Virus genome (UHGV): UHGV-0338520
Strand: one strand, 5' to 3'
DNA from: a virus
Length of the DNA: 10,574 bases
Shown: in pieces, positions 1 to 7,037 of the stretch
How positions within the stretch are numbered: position 1 is the stretch's first letter
Layout: every line of letters begins with the position of its first letter
Translations under genes and position numbers: made by a program
The notes under the pieces: generated by a model
The model's input: the letters and a program-made list of their open reading frames with translations, nothing else
What the model was told of the DNA's origin: nothing
Databases searched by the model: none

Positions 1-1
1 A

Positions 2-88
2 GACGAGAAAGTTGTCGTTTTCGTGATTTCTGTTGGGAAAAGAGAACGCTCGGAAGTATATAGCGAGGCGGTCAAACGCATTCTCTGA
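2..88 (+). CDS. relE: RelE mRNA-interferase toxin, C-terminal fragment (gene begins upstream of the window)
   Basis: Frame starting at nt 2 translates DEKVVVFVISVGKRERSEVYSEAVKRIL then TGA at 86-88; this matches the C-terminus of E. coli RelE as recalled. Synteny with hokD immediately downstream. Confidence 0.85.
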   Translation, partial: DEKVVVFVISVGKRERSEVYSEAVKRIL

Positions 89-159
89 ACCAAAGCATGA
101 CATCTCTGTTTCGCACCGAAGGTGACACTTCTGCTTTGCGTTGACAGGAGAAGCAGGCT

Positions 160-315
160 ATGAAGCAGCAAAAGGCGATGTTAATCGCCCTGATCGTCAT
201 CTGTTTAACCGTCATAGTGACGGCACTGGTAACGAGGAAAGACCTCTGCGAGGTACGAATCCGAACCGGCCAGACGGAGGTCGCTGTCTTCACAGCTTAC
301 GAACCTGAGGAGTAA
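160..315 (+). CDS. hokD: Hok/Gef-family type I membrane toxin (HokD/RelF), 51 aa
   Basis: ATG 160 to TAA 313-315 translates MKQQKAMLIALIVICLTVIVTALVTRKDLCEVRIRTGQTEVAVFTAYEPEE, the Hok-family signature. AGGAG at 145-149 upstream. Only 71 nt after the relE stop, consistent with the relBE-hokD operon. Not in the ORF track because it is under 60 aa. Confidence 0.9.
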   Translation: MKQQKAMLIALIVICLTVIVTALVTRKDLCEVRIRTGQTEVAVFTAYEPEE

Positions 316-384
316 GAGACTCGGCGAGTGAGAAATCCCTCGCCACCTCTGATGTGGCAGGCATCCTCAACGCACCCGCACTTA

Positions 385-410
385 ACCCGCTTCGGCGGGT
401 TTTTGTTTTT
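385..410 (+). terminator. Rho-independent terminator after hokD
   Basis: Stem acccgc (385-390), loop ttcg, stem gcgggt (395-400), followed by tttttgttttt. Confidence 0.6.
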
Positions 411-531
411 ATTTTCAACGCATTTGAAGTTCTGGATGGTGCCGGAATAGAATCAAAAATACTTAAGTAGTGCGCAGGGATAAGAGGGATGGTCCCTTAA
501 AGGGGAGAGCTAATTATCCGGAAGGATTCTG

Positions 532-783
532 ATGATGAACATCGAAGAACTGCGTAAAATTTTTTGTGAAGATGGCCTCTATGCTGTGTGCGTTGAAAAT
601 GGAAATATTGCTAGTCATTACCGCATTGTGTGTTTGCAAAAAAATGGGGCTGCGTTAATTAATTATGTGGATGCCCGAGTGACGGACGGATTTATCTTGC
701 GCGACGGTGAGTTTGTCACTTCATTACAGGCATTGAAAGAGATCGGAATAAAAGCTGGCTTTTCTGCTTTTTCAGAAGAATAA
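532..783 (+). CDS. rem: Small prophage protein, Rem-like by position and size (83 aa)
   Basis: ORF with GGAAGGA Shine-Dalgarno 5 nt upstream of ATGATG. Name assigned from the recalled Qin gene order relE-hokD-rem-ydfU and matching length; not verified by alignment. Confidence 0.6.
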   Translation: MMNIEELRKIFCEDGLYAVCVENGNIASHYRIVCLQKNGAALINYVDARVTDGFILRDGEFVTSLQALKEIGIKAGFSAFSEE

Positions 784-849
784 ACTCATCTACAATCTTG
801 CGCGGGGCTGAACTCCCGCTGAGTAACACCGTGCCACCGGAGAAAACCG

Positions 850-1128
850 ATGGCACGCAACGCAAAATATTACAATCATGATAATTCGACCGTTCTTGCC
901 CACACGCACGAGCGGTATTCTCACGCATTTAAGTCAGACTGGTACCAGCATCCCCCATGCACTGAAGAACAGGCCGAATGGCTCATTCAGTGTTACCGCA
1001 GGCGCGGATGCGAGGTTAAAAAAGCCCTTAGCCTCGACTACCGTCACTGGATAATCTCCGTCAGGCTTCCTTACTCCGAACGCCCACCGCGTCCGTCCCG
1101 CACATTCCAGCAACGCATCTGGAGGTAA
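850..1128 (+). CDS. Hypothetical phage protein (92 aa)
   Basis: GGAGA RBS about 6 nt upstream of ATG 850. Stop TAA 1126-1128 lies 1 nt before the GTG start of the next gene, suggesting translational coupling. No family recognised. Confidence 0.55.
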   Translation: MARNAKYYNHDNSTVLAHTHERYSHAFKSDWYQHPPCTEEQAEWLIQCYRRRGCEVKKALSLDYRHWIISVRLPYSERPPRPSRTFQQRIWR

Positions 1129-1129
1129 C

Positions 1130-2176
1130 GTGCGGGTATTACTTCGACCTGTTCTGGTACCGGAACTCGGGCTGGTGATCGTTAAGCCGGGCCGTGAACC
1201 CATGCCGGTATTCCACAATACCCGGTTACTGGTGGAGCCGGAACCGAAAAGCATGCGTAATCTGCCGTCCGGGGTCGTTCCTGGCGCTCGCCAGCCGCTG
1301 GTGGAAGACAAAACATTGCTGCCGTTTTTCAGTAACGCACGGGTGATTCGTGCTGCTGGTGGTGCTGGTGCATTGTCTGACTGGCTGTTGCGCCATATTA
1401 AATCCTGCCAGTGGCCACACGGCGATTATCATCACAGCGAAACCGTCATTCACCGTTATGGTACCGGCGCAATGGTGTTGTGCTGGCACTGCGACAACCA
1501 GCTGCGTGACCAGACATCCGAATCACTCGAGCAACTTGCTCATCAAAACCTGTCAGCATGGATGATTGACGTCATCGGTCACGCAATAAGCGGTACGCAG
1601 GAGCGTGAATTATCTCTGGCTGAATTATCCTGGTGGGCGGTCCGCAATCAGGTGGCGGACGCGCTACCGGAAGTGGTATTACGTCGTTCGCTGGGGTTGC
1701 GTGCGGAAAAAATCCGCTCAATGTACCGTGAAAGCGACATCGTACCGGGAGAGCAGACCGCCACCAGCATACTGAAGCAGCGCACAAAAAATCTTGCGCC
1801 GCTGCCTCACGCCCACCAGCAAAACCCGCCACAGGAAGAGACGGTGGTCAGCATTGCCGTTGATCCTGAGTCTCCGGAATCTTTCATGAAACGACCTAAA
1901 CGTCGCCGCTGGGTTAACGAGAAATACACACGCTGGGTGAAGACACAGCCGTGTGCGTGTTGTGGTAAGCCAGCCGACGATCCCCATCACCTGATTGGTC
2001 ATGGTCAGGGCGGAATGGGGACAAAATCTCACGATATTTTCACGCTACCGCTGTGTCGGGAGCATCACAACGAGCTTCATGCGGATCCTCTGGCGTTCGA
2101 AGAAAAGCATGGTTCTCAGGTTGATTTAATTTTTCGTTTTCTTGATCACGCCTTTGCAACTGGCGTGCTTGGGTAA
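1130..2176 (+). CDS. ydfU: DUF968-family prophage protein (YdfU-like) with Cys/His-rich C-terminal motif
   Basis: GTG start at 1130 preceded by GGAGGT with 4-nt spacing. 348 aa. C-terminal region QPCACCGKPADDPHHLIGHGQGG...LCREHHNELH resembles a zinc-finger/HNH-like motif recalled for DUF968. Synteny with the Qin-type block. Confidence 0.75.
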   Translation: MRVLLRPVLVPELGLVIVKPGREPMPVFHNTRLLVEPEPKSMRNLPSGVVPGARQPLVEDKTLLPFFSNARVIRAAGGAGALSDWLLRHIKSCQWPHGDYHHSETVIHRYGTGAMVLCWHCDNQLRDQTSESLEQLAHQNLSAWMIDVIGHAISGTQERELSLAELSWWAVRNQVADALPEVVLRRSLGLRAEKIRSMYRESDIVPGEQTATSILKQRTKNLAPLPHAHQQNPPQEETVVSIAVDPESPESFMKRPKRRRWVNEKYTRWVKTQPCACCGKPADDPHHLIGHGQGGMGTKSHDIFTLPLCREHHNELHADPLAFEEKHGSQVDLIFRFLDHAFATGVLG

Positions 2177-2188
2177 AAGAGGTGACTG

Positions 2189-2548
2189 ATGCTCATAGAT
2201 TTGGTTTTACCTTACCCGCCGACGGTGAACACTTACTGGCGACGCCGTGGCAGCACATATTTTATCTCGGAGGAGGGAAAGCGTTATCGCCGGGCTGTGG
2301 CGCTTATTGTTCGCCAGCAGCGGCTGAAATTAAGCCTGTCCGGAAGGCTGGCGATAAAGGTGATTGCAGAGCCACCGGATAAGCGTCGTCGCGACCTGGA
2401 CAATATCCTGAAAGCACCGCTGGATGCGCTGACGCATGCGGGAGTGCTCATTGATGACGAGCAGTTTGATGAAATCAATATTGTACGTGGTCAGCCAGTA
2501 TCTGGTGGACGGCTGGGTGTGAAGATTTACAAAATTGAGAGTGAGTGA
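2189..2548 (+). CDS. rusA: RusA-family Holliday junction resolvase
   Basis: 119 aa with AAGAGG RBS. Contains RRRDLDNILKAPLDALTHAGVLIDDEQ, matching the RusA catalytic core (RRRDLDN...DD) as recalled. Usual location in lambdoid nin regions upstream of Q. Confidence 0.85.
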   Translation: MLIDLVLPYPPTVNTYWRRRGSTYFISEEGKRYRRAVALIVRQQRLKLSLSGRLAIKVIAEPPDKRRRDLDNILKAPLDALTHAGVLIDDEQFDEINIVRGQPVSGGRLGVKIYKIESE

Positions 2549-2556
2549 GCGTAAAT

Positions 2557-3108
2557 ATGATATATCCGGAAATTACAGGCAAAAGCGGCGAACATTTACG
2601 CCTGAACACGCTGGAAGCAGTCTGGATCCAGGGGAAATTACGGATGTGGGGGCGGTGGTCGTATATCGGTGGGGGTAAATCCGGAAATATGTTTAACCGG
2701 TTACTGGTTTCGAAAAAGCTGACGAAAACAGCAGTTAATGAGGTTTTACGCAGAATGAAGAAATCCGGGCTGGAAAAACCGGAACTTGAGGCATTTTTTC
2801 GGGATATGACAAGAGGAAAGCAGAAGAGCTGGTTGTCACATTGTACAGACACAGAGGCGTTGATTATTGATCGCGTTATCAGTGAGGTGCTTGGGGAATA
2901 TCCCGGGCTAATCAATGTTCTCCGGCAAAGGTACGAAGGACGGGGAATGAGCAAACTGAAAATGGCCGAAAGGTTAAATGCAGATCATCCTGATTGGTCG
3001 TTGGTTACGTGCAGACGCCGAATTGATCAATGGTTGGGGGTATCTGAATTTATGTTATATGCCCCCATGCGCATGGCTTTTGTTACAGAGAAAAATGTTG
3101 CAAACTGA
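2557..3108 (+). CDS. Putative late-gene antiterminator (Q-like)
   Basis: ATG 2557, with an alternative in-frame GTG at 2545 overlapping the rusA stop. Lies directly downstream of rusA and upstream of a strong terminator, the canonical Q position. Contains a W-G-x-W segment (KLRMWGRWSYIGG...LLVSK) reminiscent of the RWGAW...LITSK segment recalled for Stx-phage Q. Family assignment unverified. Confidence 0.5.
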   Translation: MIYPEITGKSGEHLRLNTLEAVWIQGKLRMWGRWSYIGGGKSGNMFNRLLVSKKLTKTAVNEVLRRMKKSGLEKPELEAFFRDMTRGKQKSWLSHCTDTEALIIDRVISEVLGEYPGLINVLRQRYEGRGMSKLKMAERLNADHPDWSLVTCRRRIDQWLGVSEFMLYAPMRMAFVTEKNVAN

Positions 3109-3186
3109 TCAATAAACTGCTTCAATCCGTATAAGCTTCGCAAAGCTGTATCGCGAGGCGAAACGCAAGTTTTTTTCGCACAAGGA

Positions 3187-3209
3187 AGCCACCGGAAGGT
3201 GGTTTTTTT
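3187..3209 (+). terminator. Rho-independent terminator downstream of the Q-like gene (tR'-like candidate)
   Basis: Stem ccacc (3189-3193), GGAA tetraloop, stem ggtgg (3198-3202), then seven T (3203-3209). Confidence 0.6.
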
Positions 3210-3332
3210 GTGTCCGCGATATACAGTAGCGCAATAAATTCGCTGGTGGTTATTAATACCGTTCTTTCAGCTTGCTGGCTTTTTCTACAAGAGTTATTGG
3301 TGTGTCACGTTAACCGAAAAAGGGAAAAAGAC

Positions 3333-3530
3333 ATGCTAAAACAGCAGGATATGACAGAAACCGCCAGAGTGGTGTTTAATGAATTAAGCGTTACCGAACC
3401 GGCGACAGTCGGGGAGATAGCGCAGAATACTTACCTTTCACGCGAACGCTGCCAGTTAATACTGACCCAGCTGGTTATGGCGGGTCTGGCAGACTATCAG
3501 TTCGGTTGTTACAGACGCCTTCCGCAGTGA
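3333..3530 (+). CDS. Small hypothetical protein (65 aa), possibly winged-helix DNA-binding
   Basis: ATG 3333 preceded by AGGGA with 7-nt spacing. The longer ORF-track start at 3210 has no RBS and begins inside the terminator. Sequence composition is suggestive of a small wHTH fold; this is inference only. Confidence 0.45.
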   Translation: MLKQQDMTETARVVFNELSVTEPATVGEIAQNTYLSRERCQLILTQLVMAGLADYQFGCYRRLPQ

Positions 3531-3557
3531 AGGCTTTTTTATTTGTGGTAAATGGGC

Positions 3558-3588
3558 GGCTGGTGGGTGTTAGGGGCACCCACCAGCC
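3558..3588. repeat. Perfect 12-bp inverted repeat (stem-loop) between the small ORF and the methyltransferase gene
   Basis: ggctggtgggtg (3558-3569), loop ttagggg, cacccaccagcc (3577-3588). No U-tract follows on either strand, so it is not a canonical intrinsic terminator. Confidence 0.7.
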
Positions 3589-3680
3589 ATCTGCTCATGC
3601 GTTGGGTTCACAAGCAAACCTCAGGCCCACTGCTTTGCGCAAAAGCAGAATGAGCCTATCAGAGACAGGCTTAATGAACC

Positions 3681-4730
3681 ATGCTTAATACTGTAAAAAT
3701 ATCCAGTTGTGAGTTAATCAACGCCGACTGCCTGGAATTTATCCGGTCGTTACCCGAAAATTCTGTTGACCTGATAGTCACGGACCCGCCGTACTTTAAA
3801 GTGAAGCCTGAGGGCTGGGATAACCAGTGGAAGGGCGACGATGATTACCTGAAGTGGCTGGACCAGTGTCTGGCGCAGTTCTGGCGGGTGCTGAAACCTG
3901 CCGGAAGTCTTTACCTGTTCTGTGGTCATCGCCTGGCATCTGATATCGAAATCATGATGCGTGAACGCTTCAGTGTGCTGAACCATATTATCTGGGCGAA
4001 GCCGTCCGGATGCTGGAACGGATGCAACAAGGAAAGCCTGCGGGCGTATTTCCCCGCCACAGAGCGCATTCTGTTCGCGGAACATTATCAGGGGCCGTAT
4101 CGTCCGAAAGATGCCGGGTATGAGGCGAAGGGCAGGGCACTGAAACAGCATGTGATGGCCCCGCTGATTTCTTACTTTCGTGATGCGCGCGCGGCCCTGG
4201 GGATAACGGCAAAACAGATTGCAGATGCCACAGGAAAGAAAAACATGGTGTCGCACTGGTTCAGTGCCAGTCAGTGGCAGCTACCGAACGAAAGCGATTA
4301 TCTGAAATTACAGTCGCTGTTTGCCCGGGTGGCAGAAGAGAAACATCAGCGGGGAGAACTGGAAAAGTCCCATTACCAACTGGTCAGCACATACAGTGAG
4401 CTGAACCGGCAGTATACGGAACTGCAGAGTGAATATAAGCATCTGCGGCGGTATTTTGGCGTGACGGCGCAGGTGCCGTACACGGATGTGTGGACGCATA
4501 AACCGGTGCAGTACTATCCAGGGAAACATCCGTGCGAAAAACCGGCAGAAATGCTGCAGCAGATAATCAGCGCAAGTAGTCGTCCTGGTGATCTGGTTGC
4601 GGATTTTTTCATGGGGTCGGGTTCAACGGTAAAAGCGGCGATGGCACTGGGGCGTCGTGCGATTGGTGTTGAGCTGGAGACCGGACGTTTTGAGCAGACA
4701 GTCAGGGAAGTTCAGGATTTAATCGTTTGA
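3681..4730 (+). CDS. DNA methyltransferase, beta-class amino-methyltransferase (N6-adenine or N4-cytosine); orphan
   Basis: 349 aa. Motif IV DPPY near the N-terminus (IVTDPPYFKV) and motif I FxGxG near the C-terminus (FFMGSGSTVKAAMALGRRAIGVE), the beta-class order. No adjacent endonuclease-like ORF. Confidence 0.88.
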   Translation: MLNTVKISSCELINADCLEFIRSLPENSVDLIVTDPPYFKVKPEGWDNQWKGDDDYLKWLDQCLAQFWRVLKPAGSLYLFCGHRLASDIEIMMRERFSVLNHIIWAKPSGCWNGCNKESLRAYFPATERILFAEHYQGPYRPKDAGYEAKGRALKQHVMAPLISYFRDARAALGITAKQIADATGKKNMVSHWFSASQWQLPNESDYLKLQSLFARVAEEKHQRGELEKSHYQLVSTYSELNRQYTELQSEYKHLRRYFGVTAQVPYTDVWTHKPVQYYPGKHPCEKPAEMLQQIISASSRPGDLVADFFMGSGSTVKAAMALGRRAIGVELETGRFEQTVREVQDLIV

Positions 4731-4779
4731 AACGGATGAGATTGCAGAATTAATTACGCACCATTATTATTCTGCTCCC

Positions 4780-4855
4780 GGCCCTTTAGCTCAGTGGTGA
4801 GAGCGAGCGACTCATAATCGCCAGGTCGCTGGTTCAAATCCAGCAAGGGCCACCA
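4780..4855 (+). tRNA. tRNA with anticodon CAT; ileX/ileZ-like tRNA-Ile2 (lysidine) by similarity, formally Met by anticodon
   Basis: Cloverleaf read by eye: acceptor ggccctt/aagggcc, D-stem gctc/gagc, anticodon loop ctCATaa (CAT at 4813-4815), T-arm gctgg-ttcaaat-ccagc, discriminator A and encoded CCA. Closely resembles E. coli ileX as recalled. Confidence 0.85.
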
Positions 4856-4957
4856 TCACAAACCGCCATTAGCTTATCAGGAAGAGCAGACGACACGATA
4901 ACAGGGTTGTTGGTGCGGGGGGGCTGGTCCCCGATGGCGGTCCATTATCGGTATTCA

Positions 4958-5034
4958 GCGTTGTTAGCTCAGCCGGACAGAGCAATTGCCTTCTAAGCAA
5001 TCGGTCACTGGTTCGAATCCAGTACAACGCGCCA
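4958..5034 (+). tRNA. tRNA-Arg (anticodon TCT, reads AGA/AGG)
   Basis: Acceptor gcgttgt/acaacgc, D-stem gctc/gagc, anticodon stem attgc/gcaat with loop ctTCTaa, T-arm cactg-gttcgaatc-cagt, discriminator G and encoded CCA. Confidence 0.88.
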
Positions 5035-5171
5035 TATTCATCCTTCCAGATTCCTTCCGGCAGAGCCTTATACTGGAATATACCTGGCTCAGGATATTGT
5101 TGAAAATATTATATGTTTGTCAAAAATAAAAGTTCTGTTAAGTATTGATTGAGTGTTTGTTATACGGTCTA

Positions 5172-5498
5172 ATGGTTTTTTCAGTATTAAATATTTATCA
5201 TTCATATGGTGTGGGTAGAGTGAATATTGATGGGGCGTCGGGGTGTTTCATCCTTAGGCAGCGTATTGATATAGTCAATGCAGCACGAGCAAAGGCCTTC
5301 AGCCGTTTTACAGTTTTGTTCTGTACTCCTGATCGTCTTTCGGGAAGAGACGTTATTATTCTGAATAGTGATGCTATACAGAGGGTTTGCGATGAGTTCA
5401 TGGTTGCTAATTCAGAATTATTTGCTCTTGTTCAGGAGTACAACAGAATAGCCAGGACCTGTGGTATGGATGAACTTCGGATTACTCATCTGGGGTAG
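5172..5498 (+). CDS. Hypothetical cargo protein (about 108 aa; start uncertain, alternatives TTG 5145 or GTG 5220)
   Basis: Longest ORF in an AT-rich island. Protein-like composition, no recognisable family and no strong RBS. Nine of 108 codons are ATA/AGA/AGG. Confidence 0.45.
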   Translation: MVFSVLNIYHSYGVGRVNIDGASGCFILRQRIDIVNAARAKAFSRFTVLFCTPDRLSGRDVIILNSDAIQRVCDEFMVANSELFALVQEYNRIARTCGMDELRITHLG

Positions 5499-5889
5499 AT
5501 ACATATCTGGATTATCACCTGTTACGGTAAAAAGTGATAGCTTACTGTTTTTGTGAATGGCATTGCAGCAGCCGGATAATGTCAGTGCTGGCTGACGGTG
5601 TGCTGGTGGCGGGTGTGGTGGTTGTTGCTTTCCCGTTGCTGAAAAAGAAAACGCCAGACTGTTAGCCGGGTATCAGTTAGCGGGAGAAATTTTTAAATAC
5701 TTCACAATTCAGGCGGTTGACTGTTGTCTGGTTTGCGGGGAGTTTGTTAAAAGAAACTGGCATGGTGAATCCCCCTGTGCGGAGGGGCAATCAGCGAGTA
5801 GGTATATGGGATAATCGCGGATTCAGGTGCTGGTACTGAATTCACCGGGAGGCACCCGGCACCATGCAATGGCACATAGCGCCACTCTC

Positions 5890-5918
5890 CAGCCCCTCTC
5901 CGGAGGGGCTGTTTATAT
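5890..5918 (+). terminator. Rho-independent terminator inside the cargo island
   Basis: Perfect 9-bp stem cagcccctc (5890-5898), loop tccg, gaggggctg (5903-5911), followed by tttatattgatttt. Confidence 0.6.
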
Positions 5919-5945
5919 TGATTTTGTCAGATGTGAGTAAACTCC

Positions 5946-6281
5946 TTATGGACTTTGTTGTTTTAGCCCATAAGGACATATTTGCAGAGTGCAACGGTTA
6001 TTAAAGCATTCATTCAATACGTTATCTGTATTTGTAGGGCATTCCTGGCTGTTTTTGATTAAATTCCAGAATGTTTTATTGAATGGTACTACGTTGTAAA
6101 TGGTTACAGGTAGCACTTTGTTATTGAGCATGATACCTGTGTGAGTCAGTGTAAATATACTTTCAGGAGGTAAGAAAGCATCCGATTGATACCAGATTAT
6201 TAATTTTATTTTACTCCATATGACTGAAAAAGATATTCCGCATGATGGCTGGATAACTGTATCAATCACAATCCACTTCAT
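5946..6281 (-). CDS. Hypothetical cargo protein (111 aa) on the opposite strand to the late operon
   Basis: Minus-strand ORF with AAGGAA Shine-Dalgarno about 7 nt upstream of its ATG. Six ATA codons, five Cys, no recognisable family. It is one of only two supported minus-strand genes in the window. Confidence 0.55.
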   Translation of the reverse strand: MKWIVIDTVIQPSCGISFSVIWSKIKLIIWYQSDAFLPPESIFTLTHTGIMLNNKVLPVTIYNVVPFNKTFWNLIKNSQECPTNTDNVLNECFNNRCTLQICPYGLKQQSP

Positions 6282-6321
6282 TTAGTTTCCTTGTTTATGC
6301 CTTGCTGGTGATGTTCTGAAA

Positions 6322-6348
6322 AGTATAAATGATATTTTTGATTGTAAA
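6322..6348 (-). promoter_or_regulatory. Candidate sigma70 promoter for the minus-strand cargo gene
   Basis: On the minus strand: TTTACA (plus 6343-6348), 15-nt spacer, TATACT (plus 6322-6327), about 40 nt upstream of the RBS. Sits in a very AT-rich 245-bp divergent intergenic region. The spacer is short, so this is weak. Confidence 0.3.
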
Positions 6349-6541
6349 CCATAGAGCAGAATTATTTTTCTGATGTTGTTTATTGTTTATTTAAATGCAG
6401 GGTGGTTTATATCTCGTCTTGTAGTTTATCCATGCATATCTGCTTGATGATGAGGTTTTTATTTAAGGTATGGTTTTGTGTTTTTTCTGTATTACATGTC
6501 AGGTATTTTAAAGAATCATTTTTCAGATGGTGGAAAGAACC

Positions 6542-6730
6542 ATGGCATTTAAACACTATGATGTTGTCAGGGCGGCGTCGCCGTCAGATCTTGCGGAAAA
6601 GCTGACACATAAACTGAAAGAGGGCTGGCAGCCGTTTGGTAGTCCGGTGGCCATAACCCCTTATACCCTGATGCAGGCGATTGCAGCAGAAGGTGATGTG
6701 GTGGTCAGTGGTGCAACTGAGCCGGAGTGA
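6542..6730 (+). CDS. Small conserved-looking phage protein upstream of the holin (62 aa from ATG 6542)
   Basis: ORF-track ORF 6527-6730; the second ATG at 6542 has a GGTGGAAAG RBS-like sequence upstream. Sequence MAFKHYDVVRAASPSDLAEKLTHKLKEGWQPFG... is protein-like; family not confidently recalled. Confidence 0.5.
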   Translation: MAFKHYDVVRAASPSDLAEKLTHKLKEGWQPFGSPVAITPYTLMQAIAAEGDVVVSGATEPE

Positions 6731-6974
6731 TACTACGTCATCGTACTGGCCCGGCATTCCAGGCCATAAAAGACGGTCTGGCAGTGGGACTAAATGCACT
6801 GACGCTGACGGATATTACCAAAAATGCAACGTATGGCGTTGAGATAGAAAGTCTGGTGCTGGAGATAAATGCACCGGCATCATCATAAAAAGTGAGCCAG
6901 TCAAATGGAAGGTATCGTTAAACTCACCGGTAGTGTCAGTGGGTCGTCTGAGACGCCTGCATGAGTTATCAGAG

Positions 6975-7005
6975 CCATCAGTACTTAACTGGTGGCTTTT
7001 TTATT
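6975..7005 (+). terminator. Terminator-like hairpin about 35 nt upstream of the holin start
   Basis: Stem ccatcagt (6975-6982), loop actta, stem actggtgg (6988-6995) with one G-U pair, then c and ttttttatt. Confidence 0.4.
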
Positions 7006-7037
7006 GTTGTCAGCTTCCGGATAACGGGAGACGGGGT

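Noticed and set aside
72-293. Minus-strand 73-aa ORF antisense to hokD
   Set aside because: It fully overlaps the clearly recognisable + strand hokD reading frame and has no RBS; treated as an antisense artefact. A Sok-like antisense RNA cannot be assessed from sequence alone.
716-2032. Minus-strand ORFs 716-928, 934-1311, 1226-1489, 1572-1832, 1718-2032 and + ORF 1350-1565
   Set aside because: All overlap the rem-like, 92-aa and ydfU-like genes in alternative frames or antisense, with no RBS and skewed composition; typical shadow ORFs of GC-richer coding DNA.
2182-2954. ORFs 2182-2382 (+), 2284-2478 (-), 2475-2954 (-)
   Set aside because: Alternative-frame or antisense overlaps of rusA and the Q-like gene, which carry the recognisable motifs and RBSs.
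3506-3688. 60-aa + ORF spanning the 12-bp hairpin
   Set aside because: No RBS; reads through the perfect inverted repeat; low-complexity translation; overlaps the end of the better-supported 3333-3530 ORF.
3750-4529. Minus-strand ORFs 3750-4256, 3988-4212, 4308-4529
   Set aside because: Antisense to the methyltransferase gene, whose DPPY and FxGxG motifs establish the + frame.
4856-4957. Possible third tRNA between the two tRNA genes (Stx phages carry ileZ-argN-argO)
   Set aside because: The 102-bp spacer has no acceptor/T-arm pairing or GTTC-type T-loop that I could fold; at most a degraded remnant.
5198-5401. Minus-strand 67-aa ORF antisense to the cargo ORF
   Set aside because: Shorter than the overlapping + ORF and without RBS; cannot be fully excluded because the cargo region itself is uncharacterised.
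6402-6605. 67-aa + ORF in the AT-rich divergent intergenic region
   Set aside because: Low-complexity AT-rich translation, no RBS, and it lies in the likely promoter region of the minus-strand cargo gene.
6584-6799. Minus-strand 71-aa ORF
   Set aside because: Antisense to the small + strand ORFs upstream of the holin; no RBS.
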